Below, piece after piece: positions 41,081-55,457 of a stretch of DNA of 64,000 nt. Position numbers and translations under genes: made by a program. Where the stretch lies: NCBI GenBank assembly GCA_964016885.1, contig OZ024762.1, positions 16,864,001 to 16,928,000 of the forward strand, written 5' to 3'. Below the pieces are notes generated by a model, which had not been told where the DNA came from, made no database searches, and saw only the letters and a program-made list of their open reading frames with translations. The stretch is from Eledone cirrhosa. Its lineage: Eukaryota. Position 1 is the stretch's first letter; the number at the start of each line of letters is the position of its first letter.

Positions 41081-42430
41081 TTAACCCTTTACCATTTACA
41101 TTACTCTATATATACTATTGTATTTTCACAGTAAAGGCTTTACCTCACATAATATCTCACATAACATTTACATTACTCTTTATATACTATTGTATTTTCA
41201 CAGTAAAGGCTTTACCTCACATAATATCTCACATAACATTTACATTACTCTATATATACTATTGTATTTTCATGGTAAAGGCTTTACCTCACATAATATC
41301 TCATAACATTTACATTACTCCATATATACTATTGTATTTTCATGGTAAAGGCTTTACCTCACATAATATCTCACATAACATTTACATTACTCTATATATA
41401 CTATTGTATTTTCATGGTAAAGGCTTTACCTCACATAATATCTCACATAACATTTACATTACTCTTTATATACTATTGTATTTTCATGGTAAAGGCTTTA
41501 CCTCACATAATATCTCACATAACATTTACATTACTCTATATATACTATTGTATTTTCATGGTAAAGGCTTTACCTCACATAATATCTCACATAACATTTA
41601 CATTACTCTATATATACTATTGTATTTTCATGGTAAAGGCTTTACCTCACATAATATCTCATAACATTTACATTACTCCATATATACTATTGTATTTTCA
41701 CAGTAAAGGCTTTACCTCACATAATATCTCACATAACATTTACATTACTCTATATATACTATTGTATTTTCATGGTAAAGGCTTTACCTCACATAATATC
41801 TCACATAACATTTACATTACTCTATATATACTATTGTATTTTCATGGTAAAGGCTTTACCTCACATAATATCTCATAACATTTACATTACTCCATATATA
41901 CTATTGTATTTTCATGGTAAAGGCTTTACCTCACATAACATTTACATTACTCTATATATACTATTGTATTTTCATGGTAAAGGCTTTACCTCACATAATA
42001 TCTCACATAACATTTACATTACTCTTTATATACTATTGTATTTTCATGGTAAAGGCTTTACCTCACATAATATCTCACATAACATTTACATTACTCTATA
42101 TATACTATTGTATTTTCATGGTAAAGGCTTTACCTCACATAATATCTCACATAACATTTACATTACTCTATATATACTATTGTATTTTCATGGTAAAGAC
42201 TTTACCTCACATAATATCTCACATAACATTTACATTACTCTATATATACTATTGTATTTTCACAGTAAAGGCTTTACCTCACATAATAGTGAATCTATGA
42301 GATTTTGATATAATTTATTTTCAGAACAATACCTTAACATCAGTATGAGTGGCCGGTTACATCTAATTTGAATAGAAAGAGGTGAGAGAATTCTGGCTGG
42401 ATATAGTCGGTTTAAATGCTAAAGGGTTAA
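41081..42430 (+). mobile_element. piggyBac-like MITE with TTAA TSDs and ~17 copies of the 72-bp unit
   Basis: TTAA-ccctttaccattta ... taaatgctaaaggg-TTAA terminal inverted repeats. Confidence 0.88.
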
Positions 42431-42773
42431 GTTAACATAATTCAATATACACATATATATATTATACATATATTATATATATATATATATATATATACGT
42501 GTGTATGTTTGTGATCATTTTGGTGCCACAACAAAAAGTTCCCAGTCCACATTGTAAATGTGGTTGTGAAGGAATCATGAGAGAAAGCACTCAGGACACA
42601 CTGTAAATGTGGTTGGCATTAGAAAGGACATCCAGTTGTAGAAACTAAGCCCAAACCAGTTCTTTATGACCAAGATACAGTCATCTGATCTGGCTTGTCT
42701 CACAGTGGTACAACTCGTCCAACCCATGCTGGCATGGAAAACTGGATGTTAAACACTGATGATAATGATGATG

Positions 42774-42826
<53 letters not shown>

Positions 42827-42997
42827 TTTCTGAATTTGTTTAGCAAGATTCTTTATCTGAAATCGTGTGTTGAAACCGATATTGTTATACTTTGGGAGGG
42901 TCATGTTGCCAATAAGAAACACACGCACCAGTTGCTTTCACTTCAATTTATTATATATTTATAAATTTACAAATCTACAAACTTATAAATTTCTGAA

Positions 42998-43305
42998 AAA
43001 GGTTGTGAGTTCAATTCTCAGACCGAGTGATGTATTGTTTCCTTGAGCAAGACACTTTATTTCACATTGCTCCAGTTTACTCAGCTGTAGAAATGAGATG
43101 ATAGGGACTGGGGTCCCTATCATTCCACTGCAAAGTGGTCGTGGAGGTGCCACGGCAAAAAAGCACCCAGAACTCACTGTAAATGAGGTTGGTGTTAGGA
43201 AGGGCATCCAGCTGTAGAAATCAAGCCAAAATCAGTTACCGTCCCACCCTTGCAAGCAGGGAAAAAGCGGATGTAAAATGAAATGAGGATGAAATGATGA
43301 TGATA
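42998..43305 (+). mobile_element. CORE-type SINE lacking the A box
   Basis: Same family as 17524. Confidence 0.8.
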
Positions 43306-43804
43306 TATATATATACACCTGAATGCATGTATACGTGTATGTATGTACACATGTGCTTCCTAATTTTTTATAATTTTATAATTTTCTATATAATTTTTCT
43401 ATAATAATTTTTTATATATTTTCTCTCTTATGTATATTTCCCGTTAATTTTCCAGCCTCACTTTCAATTTTAATAGATTTTCAATTTCGTATTTTCATAT
43501 ATTTCATAACCCCTCTGTCTGATGAACGAACTAAACATATGTTGACATTTTCTGGGGTCCTGAAACCTTTGGTAAATGGAGTAGTTATATTTTGTGTTGT
43601 TCACTTTCTAATTAAATATATATATATAGTAATAATAATAAATTTGAAGACTAAAATACAAAGAGGGCTCGATAAGGATTTTTGAAATATTTACTTCTGC
43701 GTTCACAGATTGACTTTTTTAGTTTCAGAAGATCCCGTTAAGGGTGAAAGCACTGCTTCTTTACTTAAACTTTAATCTGTTATTTTAATAAATATATATA
43801 TATA

Positions 43805-44020
43805 TCATCATCATTTTACGTTCATTCTTCCACGCTAGCATGGGTTAGACAGGTTGTCCTGTTGTGGGCAGCGTCTGGTCTGCTGACCTTGTCTTGCTCA
43901 TACGGGAACTGATTCTGGCTTGATTTCTACAGCTTGATGCCCTTCCTAACACCAACCTCATTTACAGTGAGTGCTGGGTGCTTTTTTGCCGTGGCACCTC
44001 TACGACCACTTTGCAGTGGG
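43805..44020 (-). mobile_element. SINE 3' part with an alternative tail
   Basis: The SINE body joins a ctaacccatgctagcgtggaag tail, the same as at 53396. Confidence 0.7.
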
Positions 44021-44055
44021 AGGGTGTGGGGGCATATTGTCTATATGCTTCAGTT

Positions 44056-44338
44056 TCAGCTTGTACTCATGGGAAGTCTGGTCTTCTGTATTACTGCGTG
44101 ACGCCAGAGGTCACGGTCCTGTGACATTGTCTTTGGGAGGTGTAATTGGGTAAGGTCGGCTTTTACCACCTCATTCCAGATCTTCTTGGGTCTCCCCACT
44201 CCGCGACTTCCATCGACTTCTAGGGCTCTGCACCTTTTTATGCAGCTGTCATCCTTCATACGCATCACATGTCCATACCAACGCAACCTCCTCTCCTGCA
44301 CACAGCATTTGATTCCTCTTATGTTCAGTCTCTCTCTC
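44056..44338 (-). mobile_element. RTE LINE C-terminal fragment
   Basis: Encodes RERLNIRGIKCCVQERRLRWYGHVMRMKDD...GRPKKIW...DRDLWR. Confidence 0.9.
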
Positions 44339-45588
44339 AATATATATATATATATATAATATAACCAAATATACACCCCAATCCACTACCCCTACCCTAT
44401 CCTCCCACTCCCACCAACACCACCCTCTCTCTGTAAAGTTGGTACCACAACATCCAGTCCAAATAAATGAGATGATCGAGATCGAGATCGTGTAGGTGTC
44501 ACGACAAAAAAAGCACACAGTCCACACTGTAATGTGGCCGTGTATGTAACACGGTAAAAAGTTCCCAGTCCACACTGTAAATGTGGTTGGTGTTAGGAAG
44601 GGCATCCAGCCGTAGAAAACCTGCCAGATAGTCCTATATGAGCGAGACATGGTCACTCAACCAACCTTGCCTCAAGTGGGACAACTCCCATCTAACCCAT
44701 GCTAGTGTGGAAGATGGACGTTAAATGAAGATGATGATGATGATGATGATGTTGACGATGATGATATATATATATATAAACGTATTCATAAATTTGGCAG
44801 ACAAACTCTGTTCACCCTTTTTTATGCTAACATGGAAAGCAGACATTAAACGATGAGGATGATGGGTGGAAGGGAACAGCTGGGTTTATACGTAGAGCTT
44901 GTTTAATTATTTTTATAGTTAAACCTGCGTTTGTAGCAGCTTACAATAAATAAGCTAACATACTTCCGAATATACATACATTTATATTTGTATTGCTTTC
45001 CTTACACAAGACATGGGATAGACGCGGGGATGTGGGGTAGGGTGGGGCATGGAAGGGGGGAGAGGGGAACGTGGTGGGGTGTGTGTGTAGTGGTGGTGGA
45101 GGCAAGGCAGCATTGTACTAAGAAAGAAGCCGAGAGCTAAACACTGGCGCTAAAGAAATGGGGCGTTACCAAAATGGTTAGCAACTACATAAGATGGAAA
45201 TTCTAAATACCCCCCCCCCCCCCCCCAAAAAAAAAAGCCGGGTTGAGCGATGGGGGAGAGCGACAGATAGAGGGGTTTTTTACACATCACCATATCTGAT
45301 TTCATAGCCGTATTCTTTTAAAGACAGATATATCTTAATTATGGTACAGCAGAAGAAACCCCTTAAAAATATGGCCCCTAGGAAGACTCCACCCATCCAC
45401 CCACCCAAACCTAGACAGACAATAGGAGTTACTTAACGTACAAACAATCCCCTTCTATTTCTTGTTTGGGTGAAAATTCTTTAGGGGTTTTTTTTTCTTT
45501 AATTCTTTAACCCCTAACAATATGTTTGCTACTCTTTCAAGGAACACACACACACAAATATATATATACATATAAAACATATATATAT

Positions 45589-45649
<61 letters not shown>

Positions 45650-45650
<1 letters not shown>

Positions 45651-45987
45651 TCATCATCATCATCATTTCATTTTACGTCCGCTTTTTCCCTGCTTGCAAG
45701 GGTGGGACGGGAACTGATTTTGGCTTGATTTCTACAGCTGGATGCCCTTCCTAACACCAACCTCATTTACAGTGAGTGTTGGGTGCTTTTTTGCCGTGGC
45801 ACCTCCACGACCGCTTTGCAGTGGAATGTTAGGGACCCCAGTCCTATCATCTCATTTCTACAGCTGAGTAAACTGGAGCAATGTGAAATAAAGTGTCTTG
45901 CTCAAGGAAACAACACATCACCTGGTCTGAGAATTGAACTCACAACCTTTCAATTGCAAGGCCAATGCTCTAACTACTAAGCCATGT
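45650..45987 (-). mobile_element. CORE-type SINE
   Basis: Reverse complement of the 17524 family. Confidence 0.85.
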
Positions 45988-46318
45988 ATGTTTGTGTGTA
46001 TATATATATATGTGTGTGTGTGTGTGTATGTATCAACATCATCATCATATATAATATATATATATATATATATATAATTGTTACCAAGACGACCTAACAG
46101 TTTGTCTTGTTTACTCTCTTTTAGATATATTTTTTACTATATTTGGAATACCCTTATTTTCTGTATCAGTTGAGATCCTGTCTCTATTTTTGTACTCCTG
46201 AAGAATAGCTAAAGCCCAACACATCAAACTTTCCTTCCCCTTTCCCCATAAAAAGCGTGAAACTAATAAGACTTTTTATACCTCTGTTTATTGTTTTCTT
46301 TAACTATATATATATATT

Positions 46319-46370
46319 GACAGGCTGAATGAGTTGGGGCCCAGAACCCAACGAAACTTGAGTACCTATT
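46319..46370 (+). ncRNA. Type I hammerhead ribozyme motif with a 1-nt core insertion (family D)
   Basis: gacagg-CTGAATGA-gttggg gcccagaa cccaac-GAAA-c ttga g-TA-cctatt; a second copy at 50417-50468 has GAAA>GGAA. Confidence 0.7.
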
Positions 46371-46535
46371 TATGTCACTGTTGTAATTATTTATACTAAA
46401 CTCTTCCTTTGGACTGAGTTCTCTTACTCTTGGATATTTCTAGCAAACTTTTACTAAAGTATATATGTAAAAGGTAAACAGAAATAACAACACAATCGGT
46501 ACAGTATATGGAAGGGATATATATATATATATAAT

Positions 46536-46835
46536 GAAGGCACATGGCTTAGAGGTTAGAGCATTGGCTTTACAATCGAAAGGTTGTGAGTTCAATTCTC
46601 AGACCGGGTGATGTGTTGATTCCTTGAGCAAGACACTTTATTTCACATTGCTCCAGTTTACTCAGCTGTAGAAATGATATTATAGTGACAGGGGTCCCTA
46701 TCATTCCACTGCAAAGTGGTCGTGGAGGTGCCACGGCAAAAAAGCACCCAACACTCACTGTAAATGAGGTTGGTGTTAGGAAGGGCATCCAGCTGTAGAA
46801 ATCAAGCCAGAATCAGTTCCCGTCCCACCCTTGCA
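46536..46835 (+). mobile_element. CORE-type SINE, tail truncated
   Basis: Same family as 17524. Confidence 0.85.
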
Positions 46836-48047
46836 CGTTGAAGAAATTCTATATCGTAGATTTCTATAATTGAAATTTACCATTCAGTACTCAAAATAGT
46901 TTCGATTGCGTCTTGACGCAGATCATTTTTTCAATTTCACCCACAATTACGCAAAAAATAGATAAAACTCAATATTTTACGATTTTTCTCTGTCATTTAA
47001 ACTGCTAAACTCTTTCCACTACCATTCAAAATCTATACAACTTCATACTTTCTGCTACTTTCTCTTTCCAAGCTTGATGGTGATACTGTCCGTTTTACTC
47101 TATAATATCATCTGCTTTCCTCCTCTATCGACAACCCACACATTTTGCTACTTTCTCTTTTATACTTCAAACTTACTGATTTATTTCCAAATGCATACAA
47201 ACACACACTCACTTCAATTAAACAACGTGCGGGATTTATAACTACAAACATTTGCCATTTGCAACATGTACATAAAACAATTCCTTTCTTAAAAATTTCA
47301 GTTCATTTTATTTGTTTCAATTTCTATACACTTTACACAAATATTTTCACATGTATGTAAACAACTTCTTTTCTTACAAATCTCACTTCATTTTCTCTCT
47401 TTTAACTCGCGTTTCAATACACTTTACACACTCTGTCGCTATACTTACCTAAACAATTTCTTTCAACTCCAAATATTTGTTTCTTTTCCTTCCACGGTCA
47501 AAATTTTTCCCCATTTCATTCACATTACAATTTCTATCTTTAAGTAACTCCCTACTGTCTTAAATTTAGAAAACACATATCCTCTGAGGTTACTAAACCT
47601 GCTAGAAACAGCAGCTAACTCTCCCCTATATCACACCACTCCCTACTGTCTTAAATTTAGAAAACACATATCCTCTATGAGGTCACTAAACCTGCTAGAA
47701 ACAACAGCTAACTCTCCCTCATATCACAACCCTCCCTACTGTCTTAAATTTAGAAAACACACAGACAACCATGCAGAACAACTCCATCGCAGCTCTGTTG
47801 TTTGGCTGGCATCGTCTACGTGCGTGTTGCGCAAGTACTGTGAAACAGTAAATTTCAACACTTTTTTGCACAGAGATAATATCCATAGGCGAAACTACAA
47901 TTGTCACTGTTGGCGCAGCTCATGCTTCCAGGTCTGCAATTCATTCACCCAGTGCCTGGCAGACAAAAGAGTGCTGCCATAAAATGGGTGGTGCAACCTA
48001 ACTTTGGTAACTTAATGACCCCGAGCAACGCCGGGATTTAATGCTAG
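46836..48047 (+). mobile_element. Helitron-like element (3' end clear, 5' extent uncertain)
   Basis: cccgagcaacgccggg hairpin followed by CTAG|T at 48044-48048; no 5' TC terminus identified. Confidence 0.5.
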
Positions 48048-48350
48048 TATATATATATTAGTGTCTGGTTGGTGATAGGAAGGGCATCCAACCATAAAAA
48101 GTTTCCAAACAAACAGTGAGGAGGGCTTTTCAACAACTGTGTTATAGACATGACAACTTCTCTAATGTTGGTGATCTACGGGATAAACTATCACCCATTA
48201 CACTCTGTAAAGTGGTTGGTAATAGAAAGGGCATCCATATATATATATATATGTCTCAACATGAATAGACCTGTTATTTTTATTTAAAGACATTTTTTCC
48301 AATTCCACCCCGCTCGTCCCTTCAATCATCATCATCGTTTTCTCATTCTT

Positions 48351-48386
48351 TCTTCTGATGAAGGACTAGCATCTGAAACGTTAAGA
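48351..48386 (+). ncRNA. Minimal type I hammerhead ribozyme motif (family A)
   Basis: tctt-CTGATGA-ag gactagcat ct-GAAA-cg-TT-aaga within a ~220-bp fragment (48253-48472) flanked by (TA)n. Confidence 0.65.
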
Positions 48387-48467
48387 CCCTCTTCCTGCTA
48401 TATCAAGCGTTAACCTAATATATCCCTTCCATATACTGTACCGATTGTGTTGTTATTTCTGTTTACC

Positions 48468-48519
<52 letters not shown>

Positions 48520-48667
48520 CGAAGGAAATGTGGTAAGGAACCAGGTGGACCATAACGCACCAAAGTACTCAATACTTAGGGTAGTAGAGTGGGTAATAGG
48601 AACCAGTAAGACCCCGAATTAGCCGTCGAAACGGCTTGAGCTCAATCGTTGGGGTCTTACTGGTTCT

Positions 48668-48702
<35 letters not shown>

Positions 48703-49121
48703 TATACATATATATATACACACACACACAAATTCAAAAAGAATTTAAATAGTAGTATTGGTAATAGTAGTAGTAGCAGCAGTAGTAGTAGTAGCAGAGG
48801 TAGTAGTAGCAGTAGTAGCAGCAGCAGTAATAGCAGTAGTAGTACCTAAGCCAGGTATGTGTGTGTTTGACTGTCAGTGTAATTAAAAAAGCCCCCTCCC
48901 TCCACCCTGTCTGTCGTGTAAGGGGATATGTTAAAAACTTCACAACATATCTTACATCATAACATCTACACACTCCTTATACTAGATGTGTACACACATA
49001 CACACAACTTTGTACACATAAATAAATACACATACACACACACATATATATATATACATGTGTAGACATATATATACGTATGCATGTGTGTGTATGAATG
49101 CATAATGATATATATATATAC

Positions 49122-49162
<41 letters not shown>

Positions 49163-49576
49163 CCATATATATATATCATCATCATCATCGTTTAACGTCT
49201 ATCTTCCACGTTAGCATGGGTTTAGACGGGAATTGTCCCACGTGAAGCAAGATTGGTTGTCTCGCGCGTATAGGACTGACTGTCTGGCAGGTTTTCTACG
49301 GCTGGATGCCCTTCCTAACACCAACCACGTTTACAGTGTGGACTGGGAGGTTTTTACCATGTTACCCACACGGCCACATTACAGCGTGGACTGTGTGTTT
49401 TTTTGTTGTGACACCTACACGATCTCATTTATTTAGGACTGGAATATATATATAATATATAATATATATATATATATATATAGTAATAATAATAAATGTG
49501 ACGACTAAAATCCAAAGAGGGCTCGATAAGGATAAATATATATCAAATATATAAGAACCGTAGAGCAAATATTTAT

Positions 49577-49716
49577 TAAAATAACAGATTAAAGTTTAAG
49601 CAAAAGATCGCTGCTTTCACCCTTAACGGGATCTTCTGAAACTAAAACAGTTTCAGAAGATCCCATTAAGGTTGAAAGCAGCGATTCGTTGCTTAAACTT
49701 TAATCTGTTATTTTAA
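49577..49716. repeat. Fold-back of a dispersed (TA)n-associated element
   Basis: Arms aaataacagattaaagtttaagcaa...cttctgaaact and agtttcagaag...ttgcttaaactttaatctgttattt; family copies near 17945, 29595-29800, 43630-43800 and 52860-52955. Confidence 0.88.
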
Positions 49717-50507
49717 ATATATATATATATATATATATATTTTAAATATATATATTATTTTAAATATATATATATATATATATAGTGAAGGCGTGTGGCT
49801 GAGTGGTTAGAGAATTGGATTCGCAATCGTAAGGTTGTGAGTTCGATTCCTGGACCAGGCGATGCGTTATGTCCTTGAGCAAGACACTTTATTTCACGTT
49901 GCTCCTTCTACCTGGAGTTGCGACCGATAGATAGTATTAGCAATTGGAAAGACCAACGGAAACATTGTTCCCTTGGTCCGATTTGACGAAAGTCGATCGT
50001 TCCTATATATATATATATATATATTATTGTGTACAGTGCTCAGGTGCACTACAACTCATCAAAGGTGCACATATAGTACATAGAATAATGTACAAATGTC
50101 AGGAAAGTGAACAGTGTAAGAGTCATGGTATACATGCATGCGTGTGTATGGAGGGGAAATATCAGGTGTAGTGTTGGTGAATTTCAGGAAGCATGGAGGT
50201 TTTAAAGGCTATATGTATATATGTGTTTGTGTATAAATGTATAGATATAGGTGTATGTGTGTGTGTGCATATATATATATATATACTGTAGTAAAAGTTT
50301 GGTAGAAATATCCAAGAGTAAGAGTACTCAGTCCATAGGACGAGGTTAGTATAAATAATTACAACAGTGATATAAACAAGTACTTAAGATTTGTTGGGTT
50401 TTGGGCCCCAATTTATGACAGGCTGAATGAGTTGGGGTCCAGAACCCAACGGAACTTAAGTACCTGTTTATGTCACTGTTGTAATTATATATATATATAT
50501 ATATATA

Positions 50508-50677
50508 AAGGGTGTCCCTCAAAAATGTATACATACGTTGATTACCTGTATGGGCAGTATTTATTAGAATGCTGTTGAAGTGTGTATACATTTTTTGGGA
50601 CACCTTGTATATAAATATATCAATATATATATATATATACTGTTGAAGTGTGTATACATTTTTTGGGACACCCTGTA
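50508..50677. mobile_element. Tc1/mariner-type MITE (~100 bp) plus a duplicated end
   Basis: TIRs agggtgtccc..aaaatgtatac and gtatacattttttgggacacc(c/t)tg flanked by TA; a second copy at 53042-53119. Confidence 0.7.
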
Positions 50678-51784
50678 TATAAATATATACACACATACAC
50701 CGACATATTTATAAATATATTTACTAAGAAGTATTCCTGTTTGAAAACATTCAGTGAATGTTTCTATATTACAGTAAATCCATGTTTGAGGATGTTAAAA
50801 TAATAATAATAATAATAATGGGCCCCTATTATTTCGCTATATCTTCTTCATCCGATAATTTAGAAGAGAAATCAGTAACTTAATCTGAGTCTGGTAACAT
50901 CTGTTTTTATCGTTGAAGGAATCCATCTGTAAAACTAGAATAAAATGCAACAAAGCTCTGAGAGAGAACCCTGTTCTTTTTGAGAAAAAAAAACCTAAAA
51001 AAAACCCCTCAGAACCTCCTACCCTTAAAAAACCCTACTCCTTACATGCCAAACAAAAAAAACCCCTCCCAAAAACTAAAAAGGCCCCAAAGCTACAAAT
51101 TCTTTATTTCTTCCTTACAAACCAATTATTAAAATTTGTTGCTACCTTTTATAACTTTCAATGGAGTATTAGAAAAGAACTTTTAATAATAATAATAATT
51201 GTTTCTACTTTTGGTACAAGGCCAGCAATTACCCCAGTGTATTACTGGTACTTTATTTCATTGACTCCCGTAGGGATGAAAGGCAAAGTTAACCTCGGCA
51301 GGATTTGAACTCAGACCATAAAGGGCCGTAAAAGTGTCAAAGCATGGCGTCCGACGCTCTACCGATACCGCCAATCCACCAATAATAATAATAATGAAAT
51401 TATTGTGTACAGTGCTCAGGTGCACTACAACTCATTAAAGGTGCATGTATAGTACATAGAATAATGTACAAATGTCAGGGAAGTGAACAGTGTATGAGTC
51501 ATGAAATACATGTGTGCGTGTGTATGGAGGGGGAGTATTAGATGCAGTGTTAAAAAACTAAAAAAAAAAATCCTAAGAGCCCCACCCCGTCAAAAACCCC
51601 TAAAATAGCCCCCAAGCCCTCAAAACTACAAATTCTTTAGTTGTTCTTTACAAAGCAATTTATAACATTTGTTGTTACCTGTTATAACTTTCAATGGAGT
51701 ATAGAATGTTGATAGTCTCTCTCTCTCTCTAATATATACCTGGGTATATAGAGAGAGGTGAACATGTGGGGTGGACATGTGGAC

Positions 51785-52350
51785 AGACATACTTGTAGGA
51801 GAGATGTAGGCAGACAGAGAGACAGACAGGCAGACATACAGACAGCCAGACATACATGTAGACAGACAGACAGACAGATAGACAGGCAGACAGACATGTA
51901 GACAGATAGAGAGACAGACATGTAGACAGACAGGCAGACAGACAGATAGACAGGCAGACATGTAGACAGACAGACAGGCAGACCGACATGTAGACAGACA
52001 TGTAGACAGACAGATAGAGAGACAGGCAGACAGACAGACATGTAGACAGACAGACAGAGAGACAAACATGTAGGCAGACAGACAGAGAGACAGACATGTA
52101 GGCAGACAGACATGTAGACAGATAGAGAGACAGACATGTAGGCAGACAGACAGAGAGACAGACATGTAGGCAGACAGACATGTAGACAGAGAGACATGTA
52201 GACATGTAGACAGAGAGACATACATACAGAGAGACAGACAGACATGTAGACAGAGAGACAGACAGACATGTAGACAGAGAGACAGACAGACATGTAGACA
52301 GAGAGACAGACAGACATGTAGACAGACAGACATACATGTAGAGAGACAGG
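51785..52350. repeat. (GACA)n compound microsatellite with catgta motifs
   Basis: Seen directly. Confidence 0.95.
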
Positions 52351-52447
52351 CAACAAGTATGTATTACATGATGTTAGTTTTAATTATTATTTACAAAACC
52401 TCAAGTATCAAATATAGGGTTACAGTTATTAGCTATAGAGAGTATGT

Positions 52448-52502
<55 letters not shown>

Positions 52503-53117
52503 TACATATATCATCATCATCATCATTTTAAATCCACTTTTCCCTGCTTGCAAGGGTGGGACGGGTCCTATTCAACACAGCATCTCTCCACTTGTCACGG
52601 TCCTTCGTCATCTACACCATGACCTTCAGCGATCTGAGGTCTGTTCTCACCACCTCCACCCATGTTTTTCGTGGTCTTCCTCTACATACATGCATATATA
52701 TATATATATATATATATAGTTAATAATTGTTTCTACTTTTGGCACAAGGTCAGCAATTACCCAGTGCATTACTGGTACTTTATTTTTTATTGACCTCGTA
52801 AGGATGAAAGGCAAAGTCAACCTTGGCGGGATTTGAACTCAGATCGTAAAGGGACTAATAATAATAATAAATGTGAAGACTAAAATCAAAAGAGGGCTTG
52901 ATAAGGGTGAAAGCAGCGATTCTTTGCTTAAACTTTAATCTGTTATTTTAATAAATATAAATATATACACATACATATACACATATATATATATATATCA
53001 ATCCTTGCCAGCTTGGAAAATGGATGCTAAATAATTATATACAGGGTATACCCCCAAAATGTATACACATTTCAACACCATTCTAATCAAAGTATGTATA
53101 CATTTTTTGGAGACACT

Positions 53118-53169
<52 letters not shown>

Positions 53170-53395
53170 CATGTATATATATTTGTATATATGTTTGTAA
53201 GCATGTAATATATATATATATATATATATCATTATCTCAAGTTTCATTCACAAAATATATACTACAAGACACTAGGAAGTACTAGAAGTAGTAATAGTAG
53301 ATGTGGGTTTGTGTTTTGTTAGTGTTACTTATTTATCTCTCCCCCACTATCATCAGCTATTTCATTAACAACTCACTATATATATATATATATAT

Positions 53396-53782
53396 CATCA
53401 TCACCATTTTACGTCCGTTCTTCCACGCTAGCATGGGTTAGACAGGTTGTCCTGTTGTGGGCAGCGTCTGGACGGCTGACCTTGTCTTGCTCATACGGGA
53501 ACTGATTCTGGCTTGATTTCTACAGCTGGATGCCCTTCCTAACACCAACCTCATTTACAGTGAGTGCTGAGTGCTTTTTTGCTGTGGCACCTCCACGACC
53601 ACTTTACAGTGGAATGATAGGGACCCCAGTCCCTATCATCTCATTTCTACAGCTGAGTAAACTGGAGCAATGTGAAATAAAGTGTCTTGCTCAAGGAAAT
53701 AACACATCACCCAGTCTAAGAATTGAACTCACAACCTTTTGATTGCAAGGCCAATGCTCTAACCACTAAGCCATGTGCCTCC
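53396..53782 (-). mobile_element. Full-length CORE-type SINE with an alternative tail
   Basis: Head and body as at 17524; the tail is replaced after agttcccgt. Confidence 0.85.
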
Positions 53783-53790
53783 ATATATAC

Positions 53791-53821
<31 letters not shown>

Positions 53822-53994
53822 CATATATATATACATATATATATATATACATATATATTTACATATATATATATTTACATATATATATATATTTACATAT
53901 ATATATACATATATATTTACATATATATATATATATTTATACTTGGGGAGGGTCATTTACATATATATATATATATATACATATGTATATATAC

Positions 53995-55382
53995 ATCATC
54001 ATCATCATCATCATCAACGTTTAACGTCCGTGTTCCACGCTTGCATGTGTTTGGACGGGGGTAGTCCCACTTGAGGCAAGAGTGATTGTCTTGCTCGCAT
54101 AGGACTGTCTGGCAGGTTTTCTACAGTTGGATGCCCTTCCTAACACCAACCACATTTACAGTGTGGGTCTGGGAGGTTTTTACCGTGTTGCCTACACGGC
54201 CACATTACAGCGTGGACTGTGTGTTTTTTTGTCGTGACACCTACACGATCTCATTTGTTTCGGCCTGGATGGCGCGGCACCAACATAACTTTACATAGAA
54301 CGGGGTGGTGTGGATGGGGTGGGGGTGGTGGCGGGACGGGGTGTAGTTTGTTAGAGATGCCTACTGGCAAGGCGGGTCTTCTCTGTTACTGAGTACCGCC
54401 AAAGGTCACGGTCCAGTGACATTGTCTTGGAGAGGTGTAAGTGTGTGAGGTCGGAGTTTATCAGCTCATCCCATGTTTTTCTAGGTCTGCCTATTCCGTG
54501 GCTACCGTCTATCTTTATTTCCCTGCACTTTGTAATACAGCTATCGACTTTCATGCGCATCACGTGTCCATACCAACGCAGCCTTCTCTCGAGTAAACAA
54601 CATCTGATCCCTCTTATCTCTAATTTTTTCCTTAGTTCGTTTATGCTTTGCCGTTCACGTATATTACTGTTACACATCCAGCGGAGCATGCAAGCTTCGT
54701 TCCTCTCTAGTCTGCGTATATCCTCTGCACACAATGCCCAGGTCTCACTACCATGCAACATTGCTGTTCGTATGCAGGCATCGTACAACCTGCCTTTCAT
54801 TTTTAGGGAGAACCCTTTAGCAGCTAATAGTGGTATAAGCTCTCTGAACTTTTTCCAACCAGTTCTGACTCTAGCTACAGTACTTTCAGAGCACCCTCCC
54901 CCACTGCTGATTTTATCGCCCAGGTAACGGAAGCTGTCCACTATTTCTATAGGACCCTCTGCGCAATTGAAAGAGCTAGTATTTTGTGGGCACTTGCTGC
55001 TACTTATTGCACCAGAACACCGGCCACATGTAAAGTCTATGTTCTTAGTTAGCTTACCTGTGATCCCACTACATCTTTTATGCACCCATACTTTGCATTT
55101 AGGACATAAGATGGAGTTTCTACCTACGCCTTTCCTACATACCGAGCACGACCATTTCCCAGAAGGGACCGCCGCCTTGTTTTCTTTCCTACAAACTAGA
55201 ACTTTGGTCTTAGCCAGGTTAATTTTAAGTCCTTTTGACTCTAGGCCGTGCTTCCATGTTTGGAATTTCTTCTCTAGCTCGGCCATTGATTCCGCTATGA
55301 GTGTCAGGTCGTCTGCGTATAGGAGTTCCCATGGGCAGCCTGTCTTGAACTCCTCTGTTATAGCCTGAAGGGCAATAATAAA
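53995..55382 (-). mobile_element. 5'-truncated RTE LINE with an uninterrupted RT C-terminal ORF and 3'UTR
   Basis: Encodes FIIALQAITEEF...ELLYADDL...FRYLGD...YGHVMRM...GRPRKTW with no stops over 54351-55382; 3'UTR runs to (gat)n at 53995. Confidence 0.93.
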
Positions 55383-55385
55383 TAC

Positions 55386-55416
<31 letters not shown>

Positions 55417-55457
55417 TATATACAAATACATATATATATATATATACATATACATAT

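Noticed and set aside
47440-47465. Second AG|GTAAGT motif on the minus strand
   Set aside because: Upstream sequence is purine-rich with no pyrimidine tract, and it lies in a probable transposon.
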